A stretch of 64,000 bases of DNA from Octopus vulgaris (Eukaryota), in assembly GCA_951406725.2 (NCBI GenBank), contig OX597817.1:33790001-33854000 (forward strand), in the 5' to 3' direction. The notes beneath the pieces were generated by a model. The model made no database searches and was not told where the DNA came from. It saw only the letters and a list, made by a program, of their open reading frames with translations. Of the stretch, positions 62,484-64,000 are shown one piece after another. The position numbers and the translations under genes were made by a program. Position 1 is the stretch's first letter. Each line of letters begins with the position of its first letter.

Positions 62484-62865
62484 GGAGGCGCAATGGCCCA
62501 GTGGTTAGGGCAGCGGACTCGCAGTCGTAGGATCGCGGTTTCGATTCCCAGACCGGGCGTTGTGAGTGTTTATTGAGCGAAAACACCTAAAGCTCCACGA
62601 GGCTCCGGCAGGGGATGGTAGTGATCCCTGCTGTACTCTTTCACCACAACTTTCTCTCACTCTTTCTTCCTGTTTCTGTTGTACCTGTATTTCAAAGGGC
62701 CGGCCTTGTCACTCTCTGTGTCACGCTGAATATCCCCGAGAACTACGTTAAGGGTACACGTGTCTGTGGAGTGCTCAGCCACTTACACGTTAATTTCACG
62801 AGCAGGCTGTTCCGTTGGTCGGATCAACCGGAACCCTCATCGTCGTAACCGACGGAGTGCTTCCA
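62484..62865 (+). mobile_element. Family C SINE, young copy
   Basis: Intact tRNA-like A/B boxes (tggcccagtggttagg, ggtttcgattccc) followed by a non-tRNA body. Confidence 0.85.
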
Positions 62866-63639
62866 TGCTTCCCCATGTGTGAACCAGCATTCTTTCAGTA
62901 ACAAACGATGATCGATGTCACGTCTCAAAATACAAACACTAGATAACATTGGGAAGTGTATTAATTCGAATTACCATCCATATTCTATCTGTTGTGTTAC
63001 AAATATTATTACAATCACACACATCTACACAATCATATACATATACAAACTCATTAGAGAAAATAATTATTGGCTGAGTGTATCAAGAATATAAAACAAC
63101 TACAGTTGAAAAGTATATTAAAAATACACAGTTCATACTTGTGCTTAATTTATTTACATTAAGACATTTATGCAATAAATTTTGAATAGGGAGTTTTTAC
63201 AGTATCAACTATAAGTCACGGACTGCTTCAAGTTGCTTTAAGTCGTATGAGATTAGGTTGGTTTCTGTAATGGAGAGCGCAATTGAAAGGAAACGTCGCT
63301 TCGGAAAAGTTGGTATTTACTTGCCTGTCACCGTACTTAGTCACGGCTAGCTTTATGTTGCTTTAAGTCGTACAAGAAGGAAAGAAAACTTTAAAATTCT
63401 TTTGAGGGAAACAATCAGTCAAGGGATGTTAGCTGCGATAGATTTTTCACAAAAGATTTTGTAATAAAAGAATTATTAAACTAAAAACTTTGTTTTGTAC
63501 CTTATTTATATATAAAATACTACAATTAGCCGTCATTTTTGACGGCACGGGGCCAGTTAGTCTTATGATAATTTTGCTTTACTTCGCCCATCTTGTAATA
63601 ATATTGCGTTATTTCGCCCATCGGTAACGCTTTCACCTG

Positions 63640-63985
63640 ATTAGAGAAAAAGAGGTGGGTGGGAGAAAGGGAGAGAGAATCGTCCATGACGTGAGATAGA
63701 GGGAATGTAATTGTAATGCTTTCACGTGATTAGTTGAAGGGAAAGAGAGGAGAAAGAAAAAGGAGAGGGGAAGAGGATAAGGCGAAGAGGAGAAAAAGGA
63801 GAGAGAGAGAGAGAAGCGTTCATGACTTGAAGTAGGGGAAACGTAATAATTTTTAGCAAAGGGGTGATGTTCTGATGGTGAGGTTAAAAGAATACAGAGA
63901 GGGAGAGAAAGAAGGGAGAGAGAGAGAGAGAGGTTATGGTGGTGATGGTGGTGGGGATGGTGGAGGTAGTGGTGAGTGATAGTGA
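63640..63985. repeat. Purine-rich low-complexity (GA)n/(GGT)n tract
   Basis: Direct reading. Confidence 0.8.
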
Positions 63986-64000
63986 AAAATGTATGTTCTT

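Noticed and set aside
62484-62556. tRNA gene (also 37102, 32965, 57165)
   Set aside because: tRNA-like A/B boxes continue into SINE bodies found in multiple copies; no clean acceptor stem or oligo-T terminator.

Overview
This is AT-rich, repeat-dense eukaryotic DNA. The SINE, RTE and Penelope repeat repertoire looks like an octopus (coleoid cephalopod) genome; that assignment is an inference. It is not prokaryotic, and almost all ORFs in the supplied track are spurious or transposon debris. The one host gene I can support is a protein disulfide-isomerase A5 (PDIA5/PDIR) orthologue on the minus strand. Eight GT-AG coding exons (49243 down to 2219) splice in frame to 606 nt / 202 aa, from a signal peptide to the first thioredoxin active site (WCGFC); the gene continues beyond the left edge. 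Intron 1 is about 28 kb. A CpG-rich promoter lies at about 49.3-49.6 kb, and about 49.6-64 kb is upstream intergenic DNA. The rest is tRNA-derived SINEs, RTE/R4/Penelope fragments, one decayed mariner, non-autonomous Helitrons, MITEs and microsatellites. I found no convincing novel protein-coding system. The best leads are a sharp CpG-decay boundary tracking the gene body, long intronic hairpins (possible A-to-I editing substrates), a UPR-type promoter module with a tiny uORF, a possible in-frame cassette exon, and head/tail swapping among SINEs. Exon, TIR/TSD and palindrome coordinates were counted by hand; other repeat boundaries are approximate.
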